IMG/VR virus record: IMGVR_UViG_3300032233_002382
Location: 160,001-224,000 of that record
Reading direction: 5' to 3' (one strand)
DNA length: 64,000 bases
DNA from: a virus
Taxonomy: Duplodnaviria > Caudoviricetes
Part shown: positions 60,414 to 64,000 of the stretch, in pieces
Layout of the letters: each line of letters opens with the position of its first letter
Position numbering within the stretch: position 1 is the first letter of the stretch
Made by a program: the position numbers and the translations under genes
Notes under the pieces: model-generated
Told to the model about the DNA's origin: nothing
The model's database searches: none
What the model saw: only the letters and a program-made list of their open reading frames with translations

Positions 60414-61331
60414 ATGAAAGCACTAGCGATATCGAATTTTCCCGTACATTTTAACGAGAGTAAAATTCGACCCGAATTCACAAGACGTGGATTCGATGAT
60501 GTGGAATTCATAAGCACCAGCAGAGTCCGGAGTCTTTCCAGAAAGTCTCTGGACGAACGAGACAGAGTCTTTCTATTCTGCGACATGCTGGGACACAGCG
60601 ACTACTACGCCATAAGAGACTACCTTAAAAAATCCGGAAAGAGGCTCGAATTACTTAACCGGAAGTCGTCGTCTTGGGAAATTGAATCAAAGGAGACAGT
60701 CTTGCCACCCGCCAAATCGGTAAATCCAGAGAGTCTTCCCTCATTAATAAGGGACTTCGACCTCTTAATGTCGAAGGGTACGACCGAGAGTGTTATTTTG
60801 AAGACTCTGTCAAAATACTGGACAGCGCGACCTCTTAACAATTTTGCCCAGTTGGTTAACTACGTTGAACGCTATAGACCAACGGTTGAGATTCCGGAAC
60901 TCAAACCGACTGATTTTGATAGAGCGATTAAAGAGGATCAATCGGCAGTAACTAAGGAAGAGCGCGACGAGCCAACTGAATTCCCGGTAGGAGAAGAAAA
61001 ATCATATCAAGAATTACTAGATATGACTAAATTTCTTGAAGAATATAATTCGGAATGCAACGGTAAGCTAAAAAGGGCCGAATCAGACCTGCTGGCGCTG
61101 AGAGCTGAAATCACCGAGTTACGCAAGCAAAATACTGAGCTTACAGGTGAAGTTCTTAAATCAAAACAAAGCTTGGGAATTGGTGGCACCACATCCTTGG
61201 TCGATCTACCGAATCTTGCTAATTCGAAGTCAGCTGCCGTTGCCATAAAGACTTTGGTCGAACTTCGCGTGCTTAGCCCCGAAGAAGGCCTTGAGAAGAT
61301 CATCAAAAGTATTCTTATGGTCGAAGTGTAA
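60414..61331 (+). CDS. Hypothetical protein, DUF2325-like N-terminus plus coiled coil (305 aa)
   Basis: VFLFCDMLGHSDYYAIRDYLKKSGK resembles DUF2325 proteins; heptads in LKRAESDLLALRAEITELRKQNTEL. Confidence 0.55.
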   Translation: MKALAISNFPVHFNESKIRPEFTRRGFDDVEFISTSRVRSLSRKSLDERDRVFLFCDMLGHSDYYAIRDYLKKSGKRLELLNRKSSSWEIESKETVLPPAKSVNPESLPSLIRDFDLLMSKGTTESVILKTLSKYWTARPLNNFAQLVNYVERYRPTVEIPELKPTDFDRAIKEDQSAVTKEERDEPTEFPVGEEKSYQELLDMTKFLEEYNSECNGKLKRAESDLLALRAEITELRKQNTELTGEVLKSKQSLGIGGTTSLVDLPNLANSKSAAVAIKTLVELRVLSPEEGLEKIIKSILMVEV

Positions 61332-61346
61332 ACTAGTGTGGAGGGT

Positions 61347-61877
61347 ATGAACATGATTAACAAGACATTAATAATCACGCACGTTAATTCCGAAACCAAC
61401 CATATCGTAGCTTTAGACGGAGAAGCAAAGACTGCTTACGGTCTTTACGTCGCCGACGCTAAGGACAGCGTTGGAAAGTCAATTACGATTCAAACCGCAA
61501 AGCCTAAATCAATTTCGGAATGCCCTAGCAAGTTCTATAACGCATACAGAATATCAGAAATGTTTGGTCCTTACGAATCTGAATGGAAGTATGCTGAGAT
61601 AGACGAGAACTCAGTGATATTCGTTGGAGAAGTACCCTTTCGGCAGATTCCGCTAAGTGTTCAAGAAAAGCGGGAGTTGCTGCTCGATAAAGTGCAGGTC
61701 GGATCAGTCTGGACGGATGGTAAGAAGCATTGGTGTGTTCGTGATAAATGCGTCGAGACCCTGGCTGGGAATAGCAAGCTCCGGATATGGATTACCGACC
61801 TGCTAGGCAAGCATGGTCAGGCAATTTATGCCACTAGCTTAATCGATAAATACACGATCGTGACATTTCAGCAGTAA
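61347..61877 (+). CDS. Hypothetical protein (~176 aa)
   Basis: ATG 61347 preceded by GGAGG; follows 60414..61331. Confidence 0.7.
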   Translation: MNMINKTLIITHVNSETNHIVALDGEAKTAYGLYVADAKDSVGKSITIQTAKPKSISECPSKFYNAYRISEMFGPYESEWKYAEIDENSVIFVGEVPFRQIPLSVQEKRELLLDKVQVGSVWTDGKKHWCVRDKCVETLAGNSKLRIWITDLLGKHGQAIYATSLIDKYTIVTFQQ

Positions 61878-61925
61878 ATACACATCGGCCCCCATCATTC
61901 AAATGATGGGGGCCGATGTGTATTT
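61876..61925. terminator. Perfect 24-bp inverted repeat between convergent genes (likely bidirectional terminator)
   Basis: AAATACACATCGGCCCCCATCATT-CA-AATGATGGGGGCCGATGTGTATTT fills the gap between the + strand stop at 61877 and the sheath stop at 61929. Confidence 0.7.
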
Positions 61926-61928
61926 GAA

Positions 61929-64000
61929 CTAGGTGCGGATGCGAATGCTAAGGGTCACGACGATGTACTCGAGTGGGAACACCGGAACGTAAATGGCTTC
62001 CACGCGAAGAATGGTCGGGTCCTTCTCATCGACGGTAGCCGCAATCCCAGCGACTTTGTTAACAATCTGAGCCGAAATTAGATTGTTAAAGAGTGCAGTT
62101 ACGGCCTTCTCGACCTGGCCAGGGATGGAGGGGAGGAACTTCTGGCCGATGAACGGGTCGAGAGTAGCGCGGATCTGCTGCTGCACGTACTGGATTGTCA
62201 GCGTCACAGACGGCGTACGGGTGATCACTGAATTCGTGTTAGTGGTTAGACCGTGGCGAACTCGTAGATTTCCGAGATCGAGCTGCTCGACTACCGTCAC
62301 GCCCGATACCGCGACCTGATTTGCAGTGGTCGGGTCTAGATTACGACCGACCTGCTTGAAGCCCGTAATGCTTCGGCGGGTCCAAGGGGTAGCGACATCC
62401 ACGGACGGGGCACAAGTCGAAGCGGCTAGAGCAGCCGCCATATAAACGCCGCTTACCAAACGGTCGGAGACGTTACCGAGATTATCGGAAACGGTCACGA
62501 CGTAGGAGTCCGGGTAGACAACAGACATTAAGCTGCTGTTGATACCCTTTGCAATTGCCTGAACTCCCGTTGGGGTAGTGCCAACCTCAACGCCGACGAG
62601 ACCGGTGCGCTCACCCTCTTGGCGCGGAGTGCTCATGAAGGTGACGTGGTTTGTCAGATAAGCGGCGACCGGTGGGGCTCCGGTGAGTGGAACAATGATG
62701 TCAGGCTTTATGTTTCCACTGATCGGCTTCTTAAGTTCGTCGATAGCAGCTATGTAAGCGGCGTTAGAAGCGACCGGAGAATTCGGAAGCTTTAACACCT
62801 GCTTCAGACCTACGACAACCGCGCCATTGAGAATGGCTAGACGAGCCGCTAAGCTCAGCGGGTTATCAGGGGTCGGATCGCCGAAGTTCGCCTGAATCTT
62901 CTTCAGGTCCGTGTAGAGAGCTGTCGATAGATCTGACTTAAGGTACTCGTAGCTGATGTAGTAGTAATCACCAACGTTCGGTACATTGCCGGTGCTCTTA
63001 TAAGTCTTGACCAGGCCGGTTGTACCGGCGGTGATGCCGACCGTGTTGCTCACGGTCAGCTCAACACCGTTCACCGCGAGAGTCGGAACAGCCGAATCAC
63101 AAAGGAACGTGCTGCTGCAGACTAACGTGAAGCTGCCGCCTGAAGTGTAATCCCCTGTCTGCGGAGCTAAGATCGTGAACCGGAGTCCAGTACGACCGTC
63201 GGTATACGTCTGGCCAACTTGACCAACACCAGAGGAACCAGCATTCAGGTCGGAACTCGACACTGCATAACCGGAGATAGCGTCCTCTCCTTCATCCGCA
63301 GTGTCATTACCAATGCCGATACCGGTATCATCGATGAACACCGTGTCACTAATGGCATCGCTGAAGCTCAGCGAGGAGACGATTCCCGCAGACTTCGAGT
63401 TGATCTTCAGGAACGTGCCCTGACCCGTTACAGTCTCTGGGTAAGCGACTGCTAAACCAGAGAAAGTGGCATCAGCATTCAAAGCCGCTGCGATCTTGCT
63501 GGCGTCGGGTTGAACCCGATTCGTGGTCTTGGCAGTAAGCCCTAAGACTGACAGAGCAGTACTTCCAGAGGCCGCATTCTTAACCGTAACAGCAGACTTC
63601 ACGGTGTTAGTCAGTGAGCTAATTACCACCTTAGCCAAAGTCGGATCAGCGACGTCAGCGTTAGCGCCTGCACCAACGGTAGCTGGCAGACCAGATGTAC
63701 TGGTTAGAGCCACTGAGGTGTTCGTCGTATCATTTCGACCATGGACGTGGAACGGAGTGATTTGCTCATCACGGTGAGCGTTGAAAGCTCCGTTAGTGCT
63801 GAGGTAAGCAAGCGCCTCAGTTAAAGCGATGGTGCTTTCGAACAGAGGACCATTAGATCCGGACGCGTCACTTACTGTGACCGGATTCGTCGTGTCTGAA
63901 ACCACGTGAACCGAAGCCTGGCTTAAGTGGCTATTGAATTTCGCCTTTATCTGGTTCGCTAACGCAGCTCCAGTCGATAAGCTGTCGGTAGTCACCGTGA
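61929..64000 (-). CDS. Tail sheath protein, 5' part outside the window
   Basis: C-terminal sheath signature (RVRHGLTT...YVQQQIRATLDPFIG...DPTILRVEAIYVPVFPLEYIVV); frame is open to 64000, so the GTG at 63995 is probably internal. Confidence 0.9.
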   Translation of the reverse strand, partial: TVTTDSLSTGAALANQIKAKFNSHLSQASVHVVSDTTNPVTVSDASGSNGPLFESTIALTEALAYLSTNGAFNAHRDEQITPFHVHGRNDTTNTSVALTSTSGLPATVGAGANADVADPTLAKVVISSLTNTVKSAVTVKNAASGSTALSVLGLTAKTTNRVQPDASKIAAALNADATFSGLAVAYPETVTGQGTFLKINSKSAGIVSSLSFSDAISDTVFIDDTGIGIGNDTADEGEDAISGYAVSSSDLNAGSSGVGQVGQTYTDGRTGLRFTILAPQTGDYTSGGSFTLVCSSTFLCDSAVPTLAVNGVELTVSNTVGITAGTTGLVKTYKSTGNVPNVGDYYYISYEYLKSDLSTALYTDLKKIQANFGDPTPDNPLSLAARLAILNGAVVVGLKQVLKLPNSPVASNAAYIAAIDELKKPISGNIKPDIIVPLTGAPPVAAYLTNHVTFMSTPRQEGERTGLVGVEVGTTPTGVQAIAKGINSSLMSVVYPDSYVVTVSDNLGNVSDRLVSGVYMAAALAASTCAPSVDVATPWTRRSITGFKQVGRNLDPTTANQVAVSGVTVVEQLDLGNLRVRHGLTTNTNSVITRTPSVTLTIQYVQQQIRATLDPFIGQKFLPSIPGQVEKAVTALFNNLISAQIVNKVAGIAATVDEKDPTILRVEAIYVPVFPLEYIVVTLSIRIRT

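Noticed and set aside
63993-63995. GTG as the sheath start codon
   Set aside because: The frame stays open to the window edge with no room for an RBS; the gene is probably truncated by the window.
1-64000. Stop-codon reassignment, as in some large phages
   Set aside because: Genes are long and tightly packed under the standard code, and TAA, TAG and TGA all end genes.
1-64000. CRISPR array, tRNA or rRNA genes
   Set aside because: Intergenic gaps are under about 80 bp, with no repeat-spacer periodicity or cloverleaf seen.
1-64000. Canonical Afp/PVC-type eCIS locus
   Set aside because: No AAA+ ATPase or Afp16-like cap recognised, and a long TMP with two chaperones and phage-like small genes fits a phage tail better. 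Kept only as a minor alternative.

Overview
The window is almost entirely one minus-strand morphogenesis module for a very large contractile (myovirus-type) tail, most likely from a jumbo phage. No head, packaging or replication genes are present, so a stand-alone contractile injection system cannot be formally excluded. In transcription order (right to left): sheath (start lies beyond the window), a ~6.5 kb accessory island, tube, two chaperone-like genes, tape measure, two tube-initiator-like genes, hub, spike, a hydrophobic putative spike tip, baseplate wedge genes, then very large fibre/virion proteins. It ends in two paralogous beta-helix fibres, the last running off the left edge and absent from the ORF track. 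Highlights: (1) three charged proteins between sheath and tube share a gapless 40-aa N-terminal leader, a candidate virion-loading signal; (2) a His-x(n)-His-x3-Asp helical repeat occurs about 23 times across four structural proteins including the sheath; (3) a near-uncharged, three-repeat protein sits in the spike-tip position; (4) four perfect 16-24 bp palindromes lie in intergenic gaps. All product calls come from motif recognition and gene order, not database searches.
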